64,000 bases of DNA from an uncultured Actinomycetota bacterium (GTDB lineage: Bacteria; Actinomycetota; Actinomycetes; Mycobacteriales; SCTD01). Position numbers and translations under genes: made by a program. The stretch covers positions 875,816 through 939,815 of the forward strand of contig CAWJNR010000002.1 of the NCBI GenBank assembly GCA_963844295.1. Direction: 5' to 3'. Shown here piece after piece: positions 30,768-46,672 of the stretch (its first letter is position 1; every line of letters begins with the position of its first letter). The notes under the pieces were generated by a model. It was not told where the DNA came from and did not search any database. It worked only from the letters and a program-made list of their open reading frames with translations.

Positions 30768-31976
30768 GTGACGCTGCCGATGGGACTCGAGGACGTGCGT
30801 GCCGCGCGGGTGCTCCTGGAGGGCATCTCCCGCGAGACACCGGTCCAGGGGCTGCGCGGGCTCTCGGAGCAGGTCGGCGGCCGCGTGGTCCTCAAGTGCG
30901 AGAACCTCCAGCGCACAGGGTCTTTCAAGATCCGTGGGGCGTACGTGCGGATCGCTCGCCTGACCGACGAGCAGCGGGCCATCGGCGTCGTCGCCGCCAG
31001 CGCCGGCAACCACGCGCAGGGCGTCGCGCTGGCCGCCTCGCTGCTCGGCTGCAGCTCGACCGTCTTCATGCCCGAGGCCGCGCCGCTGCCCAAGGTCGCC
31101 GCGACGCGGGCGTACGGCGCCCACGTGCGCCACGCCGGGCACACCGTCGACGAGGCGCTGGTCGCGGCCAAGGCGTTCGCCGAGGAGACCGGCGCGACGC
31201 TCATCCACCCGTTCGACCACGCGGACGTCGTGGCGGGGCAGGGGACGGTCGGGCTCGAGCTGCTGGAGCAGTGCCCCGACGTGAAGACCGTCGTGGTGTG
31301 CACCGGCGGCGGCGGGCTGGTGGCCGGGATCGCCCTGGCCGTCAAGGGGATCCGACCCGACGTGCGCATCGTCGCCGCGCAGGCCGCGGGCGCCGACACC
31401 TTCCGGCCGTCCTTGGCCGCGGGCCGGCCGGTCCCGCTCGCGACGATGACGACGATGGCCGACGGCATCGCGGTCGGCTGCCCGGGCGAGCTGCCCTTCG
31501 CGCTGGTGCGCGAGCTCGTCGACGACGTCGTCGTCGTGGACGAGGAGGCCATCTCCCGCGCGCTGCTGCTCGCGCTCGAGCGGGCCAAGCTCGTCGTCGA
31601 GCCGGCCGGCGCCGCGGCGCTGGCGGCCGTGATGGAGCACCCGACGGACTTCGAGCCGCCGGTGGTGGTCGTGCTGTCCGGCGGCAACGTCGACCCGCTG
31701 CTGCTCACGAAGGTGGTCCGGCACGGGCTGGTCGCCGCCGGCCGCTTCCTGTCGCTGGAGGTCGCGATCCCGGACCGGCCCGGGGCCCTGGCCCGGCTGC
31801 TGTCGGTGCTCGGCGACACCGGCGCGAACGTCCTCGACGTCGAGCACTCGCGCACCGGCGCCGGCCTGCACGTCGACGAGGTGGCCGTCGGTCTGCAGCT
31901 CGAGACCCGCGGGCGCGAGCACGGCGACGAGGTGCTCGACGCCCTGGCCGCCGCGTCGTACGTGGTCACCTTCTGA
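30768..31976 (+). CDS. ilvA: Threonine ammonia-lyase (threonine dehydratase), short form with C-terminal ACT-like domain
   Basis: LKCENLQRTGSFKIRGAY (PLP lysine), ASAGNHAQGVA, GGGGLVAGIA. Confidence 0.92.
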   Translation: MTLPMGLEDVRAARVLLEGISRETPVQGLRGLSEQVGGRVVLKCENLQRTGSFKIRGAYVRIARLTDEQRAIGVVAASAGNHAQGVALAASLLGCSSTVFMPEAAPLPKVAATRAYGAHVRHAGHTVDEALVAAKAFAEETGATLIHPFDHADVVAGQGTVGLELLEQCPDVKTVVVCTGGGGLVAGIALAVKGIRPDVRIVAAQAAGADTFRPSLAAGRPVPLATMTTMADGIAVGCPGELPFALVRELVDDVVVVDEEAISRALLLALERAKLVVEPAGAAALAAVMEHPTDFEPPVVVVLSGGNVDPLLLTKVVRHGLVAAGRFLSLEVAIPDRPGALARLLSVLGDTGANVLDVEHSRTGAGLHVDEVAVGLQLETRGREHGDEVLDALAAASYVVTF

Positions 31977-32356
31977 GCCGCGGCAGGGCCGCCGACGTCA
32001 CGGCCTACCTCGCGATCGGCGGACTCAGCGTCGCCGTCGACGTCGGCCTGCTGGTGCTGCTCGTCGAGGTCGTCGACGTCCCGCTCGCGCCGGCCACCGC
32101 GACGGCCTTCCTCACCAGCGTGGGAGTGAACTTCGGCCTCAACCGGCTCCTCGCGGGCGGCACCGGACTGCTCGGGCCGCAGGCCGTGCGGTACGCCCTG
32201 CTGCTGGGGGCGAACCTGCTGCTCACCGTGGTGGTGGTCAGCGGCGCCGGGGCCGTCGGGGTGCCGTACGCCCTGGCCAAGGGCGCCTTCGTGCTCGCCT
32301 CGACGGCCTGGAACTACGTGCTCTACCGGCGCTGGGTCTTCGCTGCTGCCGGTTGA
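31973..32356 (+). CDS. GtrA family membrane protein (start codon not resolved)
   Basis: YLAIGGLSVAVDVGLLVLLVEV ... ATAFLTSVGVNFGLNRLL ... STAWNYVLYRRWVF. It lies in frame at the end of track ORF 29528..32356. I found no canonical start close after the ilvA stop. Confidence 0.6.
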   Translation: MSRGRAADVTAYLAIGGLSVAVDVGLLVLLVEVVDVPLAPATATAFLTSVGVNFGLNRLLAGGTGLLGPQAVRYALLLGANLLLTVVVVSGAGAVGVPYALAKGAFVLASTAWNYVLYRRWVFAAAG

Positions 32357-32371
32357 GGCGCCGCCGGTACG

Positions 32372-33115
32372 GTGGCGGCCATGCCTCTGCCGTCCCGGGT
32401 GCTCGTCGTGATCCCGGCCTACAACGAGGAGACCACCCTCGCCGGGGTGGTGGCGGAGGTGCGCGGCGCGCTCCCGGCAGCAGAGGTCCTGGTCGTCGAC
32501 GACTGCTCGACCGACCGGACCCGCGCGGTGGCGCTGACGACGGGGGCGCAGGTGCTCACCCTGCCGATCAACCTCGGCGTCGGCGGGGCGATGCGGGCCG
32601 GGTTCCGCTATGCGCTGCGCTACGGGCACGACGCCGTGCTGCAGGTCGACGGCGACGGCCAGCACGACCCGCAGGACGCACCGCGCCTGCTCGCCGCGCT
32701 CGGCGACGCCGACCTCGTCATCGGGGCGCGCTTCGCCGGCACCGGCGACTACGACGTGCGCGGACCGCGGCGGTGGGCGATGCGGCTGCTGGCCCGGACG
32801 CTGTCGCGGGTGACCGGCGCGCAGCTGACGGACGCCACCTCGGGGTTCCGCGCCTCCAACGCCCGGACGGTCGAGCTGTTCGCGCGGCACTACCCCGCCG
32901 AGTACCTCGGCGACACCGTCGAGACCCTCGTCATCGTCGCCCGCGCGGGCCTGCGCGTCGCGCAGGTGCCGGTGACCATGCGCGACCGCGCCGGGGGCCA
33001 GCCCAGCCAGTCGCCGCTGCGCGCCGGGGTCTACCTGGTGCGCGTCTGCCTCGCACTGGGGCTGGGCCGGCTGCGCCGCTACGACGCCGTGCCGGACCCG
33101 CGGATCGCGGCATGA
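32372..33115 (+). CDS. Family 2 glycosyltransferase (polyprenol-phosphate sugar transferase-like)
   Basis: VLVVIPAYNEETTL ... VVDDCSTDRT ... VLQVDGDGQHDP ... TDATSGFRA. Confidence 0.88.
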   Translation: MAAMPLPSRVLVVIPAYNEETTLAGVVAEVRGALPAAEVLVVDDCSTDRTRAVALTTGAQVLTLPINLGVGGAMRAGFRYALRYGHDAVLQVDGDGQHDPQDAPRLLAALGDADLVIGARFAGTGDYDVRGPRRWAMRLLARTLSRVTGAQLTDATSGFRASNARTVELFARHYPAEYLGDTVETLVIVARAGLRVAQVPVTMRDRAGGQPSQSPLRAGVYLVRVCLALGLGRLRRYDAVPDPRIAA

Positions 33116-33458
33116 CCGACGTCAAGGTCGTCGGTCTGCTCGGCGGCGTCCTGATCCTCGGCGTGATGGTCGAGCTGCTGCGCCGCCGCCAGCTCAAGGA
33201 GAAGTACGCCGTGCTGTGGCTGGGCGTGGCGCTGTCGGTCGCCGTGCTCGCGGCGGCGCCCGGCCTGCTGGACGCCGTCGCCGGGCGGCTGTCGGTGGCC
33301 GACCCGGTCAACCTCCTGCTGTTCGTCGGGATGCTGGTGCTGCTCTCGGTCTGCGTCCACCTGTCGTGGGAGTGCAGCCGGCTGGAGGACGAGACGCGCT
33401 CGCTCGCCGAGGAGGTCGCGCTGCTGCGCAACCAGGTGGAGCAGCGCGAGCCCCCCGC

Positions 33459-33462
<4 letters not shown>
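33112..33462 (+). CDS. DUF2304 domain-containing membrane protein
   Basis: ATGA overlap with the GT2 stop. MTDVKVVGLLGGVLILGVMVELLRRRQLKEKYAVLWL ..., followed by a C-terminal coiled coil. Confidence 0.7.
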
Positions 33463-36551
<3,089 letters not shown>

Positions 36552-36597
36552 GGCAGTGCCTCACAGGAAGGTCGGGGGTGGTGCAGGTCCTCCGACT

Positions 36598-37041
36598 CTA
36601 CGGGGCAGGTGTGACCGAGGTGACAGGCTCCTCCAGCCGGCAGCCGGCCGTCTCGCCGGTGACCGCGCGTGCGGTGGTGGCCAGCTCGTGCTCGCGCCGC
36701 ACCACGCGCTCCGGGTCGCCAGGGCCCGCGAGCATGACCACCTCGCGGCCCACCTCGGCCCCGTCCTCCCCGCGCGAGCGCAGCAGGCACCAGACCGGCG
36801 AGCCGGCGGGCTTGACCACCTCGACGTCGATGACGACCGCGCTGTCCGAGACGACCTGGAAGTCGATCACCCGCGCAACGCCCCGGTCCACGCCGAAGCG
36901 GGAGAACAGCGCGAACGCGATCGCGGCCAGCGCCCCCGCGAACAGCAGCCCCAGCACGACCGCCGTGACCCGTCCGCCGAGGCGGCCGGGCTCGTCGTAG
37001 CGCCCCGGCGGGCGCCGGCGTGCGGTCGTGGGGGAGGTCAC
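36598..37041 (-). CDS. DUF4307 domain-containing membrane protein
   Basis: Starts at VTSPTTARRRPPGRYDE. Single TM (VTAVVLGLLFAGALAAIAFALF), then a beta-rich domain. It sits in the conserved position between greA and mca. Confidence 0.65.
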   Translation of the reverse strand: MTSPTTARRRPPGRYDEPGRLGGRVTAVVLGLLFAGALAAIAFALFSRFGVDRGVARVIDFQVVSDSAVVIDVEVVKPAGSPVWCLLRSRGEDGAEVGREVVMLAGPGDPERVVRREHELATTARAVTGETAGCRLEEPVTSVTPAP

Positions 37042-37129
37042 GGGACTCCTGCGGCAGAGGTCGGTGTTGTGGGTCGCAGACAGCCTGCGGGACGATCGTC
37101 CCCGAGGTCGAACCAGGAGGCACCCCAGC

Positions 37130-38017
37130 GTGGTCCAGAGCGACGAGCAGCTGCGGCTGATGTGCGTGCACGCGCACCCCGACGACGAGTCGAGCAAGGG
37201 CGCCGCGACGATGGCGCGGTACGCCCGCGAGGGCGTGGACGTCCTGGTCGTCACGCTGACCGACGGATCGCGCGGCTCGGTGCTCAACCCGGCGATGGAC
37301 CGCCCCGAGATCCAGGCCGACATCACCGCGGTCCGCGCGGCCGAGATGGACCGCGCCCGCGAGATCCTCGGCGTGCGCCAGGTCTTCCTGGGCTTCGTCG
37401 ACTCGGGCCTGCCCGAGGGCGACCCGCTCCCGCCGCTGCCGGACGGCTGCTTCGCCGTCGGCGACCTCGACGAGCAGGTCGAGGCGCTGGTGCGCGTCGT
37501 GCGCGAGCAGCGCCCGCACGTCATGACGACCTACGACGAGAACGGCGGCTACCCGCACCCGGACCACATCCGGTGCCACGAGGTGTCGGTCGCGGCCTTC
37601 GAGGCCGCCGGCGACCCCGAGCGCTTCCGCGATGCGGGCGCCCCCTGGCAGCCGCTGAAGCTGTACTACAACCTCACCTTCCACAAGAGCCGCCTCGAGA
37701 AGCTGCACCAGGCGATGCTCGCCGCGAAGATGGACTCCCCGTACGCCGAGTGGCTCGTCAACTGGGAGGACAAGCCCGGTGACGCCGAGCGGCTGACGAC
37801 CTCGGTGCCGTGCTCGGAGTGGTTCCCGGTGCGCGACGCAGCGCTCATCGCGCACGCCACGCAGGTCGACCCGACCGGCCGCTGGTTCGCCTGCCCGGTC
37901 GAGCTGCAGCAGGAGACCTGGCCGTACGAGGACTTCCAGCTGGCCCGCTCGCTGGTCGACACCGAGCTGCCCGAGGACGACCTGTTCGCCGGCGTGCAGG
38001 CGAGGGTCAGCCCGTGA
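37130..38017 (+). CDS. mca: Mycothiol S-conjugate amidase (LmbE/MshB family)
   Basis: LRLMCVHAHPDDES ... TYDENGGYPHPDHIRCHEVS. The long C-terminus (KLYYNLTFHK ... WFACPVE) favours Mca over MshB. Confidence 0.85.
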   Translation: MVQSDEQLRLMCVHAHPDDESSKGAATMARYAREGVDVLVVTLTDGSRGSVLNPAMDRPEIQADITAVRAAEMDRAREILGVRQVFLGFVDSGLPEGDPLPPLPDGCFAVGDLDEQVEALVRVVREQRPHVMTTYDENGGYPHPDHIRCHEVSVAAFEAAGDPERFRDAGAPWQPLKLYYNLTFHKSRLEKLHQAMLAAKMDSPYAEWLVNWEDKPGDAERLTTSVPCSEWFPVRDAALIAHATQVDPTGRWFACPVELQQETWPYEDFQLARSLVDTELPEDDLFAGVQARVSP

Positions 38018-38226
38018 CCGGCCTGCTGCTGCTCGCGGTCGAGGAGGAGGACATCGGCACCGGCCCGATCGGCCTGCTCATCGTCCTGCTCATGCTGGTC
38101 GTGACCTTCTTCCTCATCAGGAACATGAGCGGGCGGCTCAAGCGGCTGCCGCGCGAGTTCCCGGACGAGCGCACGCCCGAGCAGCGCGCGAAGGACGAGC
38201 TGGAGAAGGACGACCCGAAGGCCTGA
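38014..38226 (+). CDS. Small membrane protein (1 TM), conserved downstream of mca
   Basis: GTGA overlap with the mca stop. VTGLLLLAVEEEDIGTGPIGLLIVLLMLVVTFFLIRNMSGRLKRLPREF ... Confidence 0.55.
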   Translation: MTGLLLLAVEEEDIGTGPIGLLIVLLMLVVTFFLIRNMSGRLKRLPREFPDERTPEQRAKDELEKDDPKA

Positions 38227-38251
38227 CCGCCCTCACCCGTCGCGCCGGCGC

Positions 38252-38722
38252 TCACTCGTCGTGCTTGCCGGAGCGGCCCTTCTTGATCTGCGCGCGCTGG
38301 CGCTTGCCCTCCAGCCGCCGCTCCTTCGACCCGCGGGTCGGCTTGGTCGCCCGGCGCGAGGGCGGTGGCGGTGCCACCGCCTCGCGCAGCAGCTGGGCCA
38401 GGCGCTGCTCGGCCGCCTCGCGGTTCTGCAGCTGGCTGCGGTGCTCGCTGGCCGCCACGGTGAGCACGCCGTCCACGAGCCGGCCTGCCAGCCGGTCCAG
38501 CGCCCGCACCCGCAGGTGCTCGTCGAGCACCCCGGAGCGGGCGACGTCGAACGACAGCTCTGCGCGGCTGTCCGTGGTGTTGACGCCCTGCCCCCCGGGA
38601 CCCGACGACCGGGAGAAGCGCCAGGTGAGCTCGGCCTCGGGCACGACGAGGCGCGACGTCACCTGCAGCGGTCCGGGCACCCGAGCAGTGTGTCCGGCGA
38701 CGCAACCTTGCCTCACGGCCAC
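38252..38722 (-). CDS. arfB: Alternative ribosome-rescue factor ArfB (peptidyl-tRNA hydrolase, GGQ domain); start may be the GTG at about 38680
   Basis: ELTWRFSRSSGPGGQGVNTTDSRAEL ... SEHRSQLQNREAA, followed by a basic C-terminal tail (KPTRGSKERRLEGKRQRAQIKKGRS). Confidence 0.85.
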   Translation of the reverse strand: MAVRQGCVAGHTARVPGPLQVTSRLVVPEAELTWRFSRSSGPGGQGVNTTDSRAELSFDVARSGVLDEHLRVRALDRLAGRLVDGVLTVAASEHRSQLQNREAAEQRLAQLLREAVAPPPPSRRATKPTRGSKERRLEGKRQRAQIKKGRSGKHDE

Positions 38723-38935
38723 GGTCCCCCTACCTGGTCGCAGGCGGTCCGTGCCTGCCCCGTCAGTTTCGTCACGGAACGGTCACGAAGGGCGTTTCAC
38801 CCCTCTGGGCCAGGCAAGACAGGCCCTGACCGGATCGCTCCGGAGCACCGGCGAGCGCCGCAGCGCAGTCCGCAGCGGCCCGCCCGCAGACGCCAGGAAC
38901 GCCCCCGAGCACGACCACGACCCAGAGGAGATCTC

Positions 38936-39766
38936 ATGATCGACACCAACAGCCTCGGCCGCCTGACCGGCAAGAGCGTCATCGGCCCTGACGGCGAGAG
39001 CATCGGCAAGGTCGCGGACGTCTACGAGTCCACCGACGGCAGCGGCGGCACCTTCGCCACCGTCAACACCGGCATGTTCGGCGGCGGCTCGAGCTTCTTC
39101 CCGCTCGACGCGGCGGAGCTGCGCGGCGACGAGGTCGTCGTGCCGTACACGAAGTCCTTCATCAAGGACGCGCCGCGCGTCGAGAACGACGAGGAGCTCA
39201 CCGCTCCCGAGGAGCAGCGCCTGTTCGAGTACTACGCGGCCGGCGGCCAGCAGCGCACCGGCGTGGCGACGGGCACCACCACCGACCGCACGGACGAGCA
39301 CGGCACCGTCGGCCATGACACCAGTGGCCCGACCACGGACGACGCCATGACCCGCTCCGAGGAGCGGCTCGAGGTCGGCACGGCGAAGCAGGAGATCGGC
39401 CGCGCCCGGCTCCGCAAGCGTGTGATCACCGAGACCGAGACGCGCACCGTGCCGGTCAGCCACGAAGAGGTCCGTGTCGAGCGCGAGCCGATCACCGACG
39501 CCAACCGCGGCAACGCCTACGACGGCCCGGCCATCTCCGAGGAGGAGCACGAGGTCGTGCTCAACGCCGAGAAGCCGGTCGTCGCCAAGGAGGCCGTCCC
39601 GGTCGAGCGCGTCCGCCTCGACAAGGAGACCGTGACCGACCAGGTCCAGGTCACCGAGGACGTCCGCAAGGAGCAGATCGACGTCGAGGGCGCCGACGAC
39701 GTCTACCCGGCCGGCACGGACCAGACCCGTACCCGCACCGAGATGGACGTCGAGCCGCGCAAGTAG
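38936..39766 (+). CDS. PRC-barrel plus DUF2382 (YsnF/AvaK) domain stress-associated protein
   Basis: ATG preceded by AGAGGAG. PRC-barrel part: LTGKSVIGPDGESIGKVADVY ... FFPLDAAELRGDEVVVPYTK. DUF2382 part: [29 protein letters not shown] ... EEVRVEREP ... EEEHEVVLNAEKPVVAKEAVPVERVRL. Confidence 0.8.
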   Translation: MIDTNSLGRLTGKSVIGPDGESIGKVADVYESTDGSGGTFATVNTGMFGGGSSFFPLDAAELRGDEVVVPYTKSFIKDAPRVENDEELTAPEEQRLFEYYAAGGQQRTGVATGTTTDRTDEHGTVGHDTSGPTTDDAMTRSEERLEVGTAKQEIGRARLRKRVITETETRTVPVSHEEVRVEREPITDANRGNAYDGPAISEEEHEVVLNAEKPVVAKEAVPVERVRLDKETVTDQVQVTEDVRKEQIDVEGADDVYPAGTDQTRTRTEMDVEPRK

Positions 39767-39846
39767 CTCGGCCCACCCCCTGACGACCGCCGCCTCCGCC
39801 CCCCGGGCAGGGGCGGCGTCGTCGTCCCCCACACCTTGGAGCCCTC

Positions 39847-40266
39847 ATGGCCCAGCACACGACAGACCAGGACCCGCCCGAGATCATCCTGTCCGAGGAG
39901 CGGCTCGAGGTGGGCATCGAGACCGAGCAGGTGGGCGTCGCGCGCGTCCGCAAGAGCTCGCACCTCGAGACGGTCCAGGAGCGGGTCGAGCGAGGGGTGG
40001 AGCACGCCGACACCGAGCGGGTGCCGGTGGACGACGCCGCCGCCGACAGCGGCGAGGTCGAGACGCTCCCGGACGGGAGCCTGTCGATCCCGGTCTTCGA
40101 GGAGGAGATCGTCGTGACCAAGCGGCTCGTCGTGCGGGAGCGCGTCGTGGTCCGCAAGCACACCGTCTACGAGGAGCACGTCGTCACGGCCGACCTGCGC
40201 CGCGAGCGGCTCGAGGTCGAGGCCGAGGGCGACGTGGTCGTCACCGACGAGGGAGGCCGCGCATGA
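39847..40266 (+). CDS. DUF2382 (YsnF/AvaK) domain-containing protein
   Basis: [23 protein letters not shown] ... [25 protein letters not shown] ... [13 protein letters not shown]. Confidence 0.75.
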   Translation: MAQHTTDQDPPEIILSEERLEVGIETEQVGVARVRKSSHLETVQERVERGVEHADTERVPVDDAAADSGEVETLPDGSLSIPVFEEEIVVTKRLVVRERVVVRKHTVYEEHVVTADLRRERLEVEAEGDVVVTDEGGRA

Positions 40267-40385
40267 CGACGCCCGACGGACGCACCCCGGACGCACCGGA
40301 CGTCGACCAGCCCGACGGCGGGGCCGGCACGGACGAGGGACGCACCCCCGCCGCGCCGGACCAGGCCGAGGGCGACGACGACTGA
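40263..40385 (+). CDS. Possible 40-aa acidic/Pro-rich peptide (not in track; speculative)
   Basis: ATGA overlap with the upstream stop. Hand translation: [40 protein letters not shown]-stop. The strong terminator hairpin follows immediately. Confidence 0.3.
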   Translation: MTTPDGRTPDAPDVDQPDGGAGTDEGRTPAAPDQAEGDDD

Positions 40386-40423
40386 GCAGCGGCGCCCGCC
40401 CCGACCGGGGCGGGCGCCGCTGC
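40386..40423 (+). terminator. Strong GC hairpin (17-bp perfect stem, GACC loop)
   Basis: GCAGCGGCGCCCGCCCC-GACC-GGGGCGGGCGCCGCTGC, directly after the DUF2382 gene pair. There is no U-tract. Confidence 0.6.
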
Positions 40424-40456
40424 GTCCGGCTCCGACCTGCGGGGCACCATGGCCGC

Positions 40457-42422
<1,966 letters not shown>

Positions 42423-42555
42423 GCCCTCCATGATCGTGGGAAGCCCGAGCCCGTACCAGCCCCGCAACGGTCTGAGGCCTCCCACGATCAAGGCATCACG
42501 GGAGCGAGACCCCGGGGCCCCAGGTCTTGCACTGACGCTCCTGCACGTGCAACGG

Positions 42556-42570
42556 TGTAATCCTGTAATC
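42556..42570 (+). promoter_or_regulatory. Tandem TGTAATC TGTAATC (-10-like) elements upstream of 42586 gene
   Basis: The sequence ggTGTAATCcTGTAATCaaccAGGAGGgcaccATG was read directly. A CTGCAC/TTGCAC -35-like hexamer lies 17-25 nt upstream. This is a locally AT-richer stretch. Confidence 0.3.
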
Positions 42571-42585
42571 AACCAGGAGGGCACC

Positions 42586-43104
42586 ATGGTCGAGGACGAG
42601 GAGCAGGGCGTGGCCGGCTGGTTCGCCGGACGGCTGCCGGACGGCTGGTTCGAGGGGGCTCCGCAGGTCGAGGTCGACCGCGACGAGATCCTCGTGGTCG
42701 GGACGCTTCCCGCGCCGACGGCGGACGGCGACGCCGTCGCCACGGCCGAGGCGGAGGCCGGGCGCATCGCGCGCTTCCGGGAGGACACCCGCGAGGAGCG
42801 GATCCGGATCGCGCGCGAGGCGGAGCACCGCTACGGCCGCAAGGTGGCGTGGGGGGCGCAGGCCGGCGGCACCCGGCAGGTGTTCACGACGCTGTCCGTG
42901 CCGGTGATGACCCGGCTGCGCCAGCCGGAGCGGCAGGTGCTCGACACGCTGGTCGACAGCGGCGTCGCGCGCAGCCGGTCGGAGGCGCTGGCGTGGTGCG
43001 TCAAGCTCGTCGGCAGCAACGCCGAGCAGTGGCTGGGCGAGCTGCGCGGGGCGATGGAGGCCGTCCAGCGGGTGCGGGCGCAGGGGCCGACGAGCAGCAG
43101 CTAG
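42586..43104 (+). CDS. Conserved hypothetical protein with possible C-terminal ribbon-helix-helix-like segment
   Basis: ATG with AGGAGG 6 nt upstream. MVEDEEQGVAGWFAGRLPDGWFEGAPQVEVDRDEILVVG ... LDTLVDSGVARSRSEALAWCVKLV. Confidence 0.6.
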   Translation: MVEDEEQGVAGWFAGRLPDGWFEGAPQVEVDRDEILVVGTLPAPTADGDAVATAEAEAGRIARFREDTREERIRIAREAEHRYGRKVAWGAQAGGTRQVFTTLSVPVMTRLRQPERQVLDTLVDSGVARSRSEALAWCVKLVGSNAEQWLGELRGAMEAVQRVRAQGPTSSS

Positions 43105-43796
43105 GCGGGCGTCGCGCCGTACGTCGCGAAGGACACGGCGATGTAGTGCGTCACGAAGGCCAGCAGCGTGAAGGCGTGGAAGACCTCGTGGAAGCCGAAC
43201 CAGCGCGGTGACGGGTCGGGCCGCTTCAACGCGTAGACGACGGCGCCGAGGCTGTAGAACAGCCCGCCGACGAGCAGCAGGACCACGACCCGCCAGCCGC
43301 CGGCGTCGTGCAGCTGCGGGAGCACGCCGAGAGCCACCCAGCCCAGCGCGAGGTAGATGCCGACGAACAGCCAGCGGGCGGGTCGGCGCACCGCGTTGCG
43401 CAGCACGACCCCGGCCAGGGCGCCGCCCCACACGACCCCGAACACCACCCAGCGGGTCGTGCCGTCGAGCAGCAGCAGCGCGAACGGCGTGTAGGTCCCG
43501 GCGATGAGGATGAAGATCATCGAGTGGTCGAGGCGCTTCATGAGCTCCCGCGACCGGCCGGACCAGGGACCGCGGTGGTAGGCCGCTGACGTCCCGAAGA
43601 GCAGGGCGACGCTGAGCGCGTAGACGAGGGCCGCGGCCCGGGCCCGGCCGCCCTCGGCCAGGCACACCAGAGCGGTCCCGGTGACGAGCGAGACGGCGAA
43701 CGCCGCCTGGTGGAGGACGCCGCGGAGCCGCGGCTTGAGCGCCTCGGCCAGGTCGTGCGCGCGGTGCTCCAAGGCGCTTGCGACGGTGTCCTGCAC
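43101..43796 (-). CDS. Hemolysin III / PAQR family channel protein
   Basis: [13 protein letters not shown] ... [17 protein letters not shown] ... [19 protein letters not shown]. Confidence 0.85.
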   Translation of the reverse strand: MQDTVASALEHRAHDLAEALKPRLRGVLHQAAFAVSLVTGTALVCLAEGGRARAAALVYALSVALLFGTSAAYHRGPWSGRSRELMKRLDHSMIFILIAGTYTPFALLLLDGTTRWVVFGVVWGGALAGVVLRNAVRRPARWLFVGIYLALGWVALGVLPQLHDAGGWRVVVLLLVGGLFYSLGAVVYALKRPDPSPRWFGFHEVFHAFTLLAFVTHYIAVSFATYGATPA

Positions 43797-43936
43797 GTGT
43801 CTCCTGCGTGTCGCCCGGGTGCGGGATCTCACAGGGTCGCGTCCGGACCCCCCGGGTAGCATCCCCCTACTCGTCCGGACAGGAAACTCGTGCACTCTCG
43901 GGCCCTGTCGCGGAGCACCTCGACGGAGAGGCAGAC

Positions 43937-45763
<1,827 letters not shown>

Positions 45764-45779
45764 CCCCACGTCGTACGAC

Positions 45780-45813
45780 GAGCGCCCCGCCGGTCCTGAC
45801 CGGCGGGGCGCTC
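45780..45813 (+). terminator. Hairpin terminator after pckG (14-bp stem, 6-nt loop)
   Basis: GAGCGCCCCGCCGG-TCCTGA-CCGGCGGGGCGCTC, 17 nt after the pckG stop. Confidence 0.6.
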
Positions 45814-45898
45814 GTGCGTACGGCCGGCCTGTCGGTGTGAGGGGCCGGCAGGCGGATACTGTTCGGCTCGGGGTCGGAGCACGGGGACGGAGCTGGCG

Positions 45899-46672
45899 TT
45901 GGGCCTGCGGGATCTCGCCTACGAGGTGTACGAGCGACGGCTCGCGCGCTCGCTGGTGCGCAGTGGTGCGGCGGTGCCCCGGCACGTCGGCGTCATCGTC
46001 GACGGCAACCGGCGCTGGGCCAAGGAGCTCGGCATCACCGACCCCAACCAGGGCCACAGGGCCGGGGCGCGCAAGATCGTCGACCTGCTCGGGTGGTGCG
46101 ACCAGGCCGGTGTCGAGGTCGTCACGCTGTGGCTGCTGTCCACCGACAACCTCAGCCGACCGGAGGCCGAGCTCGCGCCGCTGCTGCGCATCATCGAGGG
46201 CGTCGTCACCGACCTCGCCGGCCCCGGTCGCAACTGGACGCTGCGCATCGTCGGCGCGCTCGACCTGCTGCCGGCCGAGACCGCCCGCGTCCTGAAGGAG
46301 GCGGCGGCCGGCACCGAGGGCCGCCCCGGCGCCGAGGTGAACATCGCCGTCGGCTACGGCGGCCGGCGCGAGATCGCCGACGCCGTCCGCTCCTTGCTGC
46401 ACGCCCACGCCGCCGCGGGCCGGTCGCTCGAGGAGGTCGCCGACCTGCTCGACGTCGAGCACATCTCCGAGCACATGTACACGCGCGGCCAGCCCGACCC
46501 CGACCTGGTGATCCGCACCAGCGGCGAGCAGCGGCTGTCCGGCTTCCTGCTCTGGCAGAGCGCGCACAGCGAGTTCTGGTTCTGCGAGGCCTACTGGCCG
46601 GACTTCCGCCGGGTGGACTTCCTGCGTGCGCTGCGCGCGTACGCCGCCCGGCAGCGCCGCTTCGGCACGTGA
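45899..46672 (+). CDS. Isoprenyl transferase (cis-/Z-prenyl diphosphate synthase, UppS family)
   Basis: HVGVIVDGNRRWA ... VTLWLLSTDNLSR ... IRTSGEQRLSGFLLWQSAHSEFWF. Confidence 0.9.
   Translation: MGLRDLAYEVYERRLARSLVRSGAAVPRHVGVIVDGNRRWAKELGITDPNQGHRAGARKIVDLLGWCDQAGVEVVTLWLLSTDNLSRPEAELAPLLRIIEGVVTDLAGPGRNWTLRIVGALDLLPAETARVLKEAAAGTEGRPGAEVNIAVGYGGRREIADAVRSLLHAHAAAGRSLEEVADLLDVEHISEHMYTRGQPDPDLVIRTSGEQRLSGFLLWQSAHSEFWFCEAYWPDFRRVDFLRALRAYAARQRRFGT

Noticed and set aside
38766-38795. SigF/SigB-type stress promoter (GTTT ... GGGCGT) upstream of the PRC-barrel/DUF2382 gene.
   Set aside because: The spacing between GTTT and GGGCGT is about 20 nt, longer than the 15-17 nt expected. The -10 element deviates from GGGTA. 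This is too weak to call.
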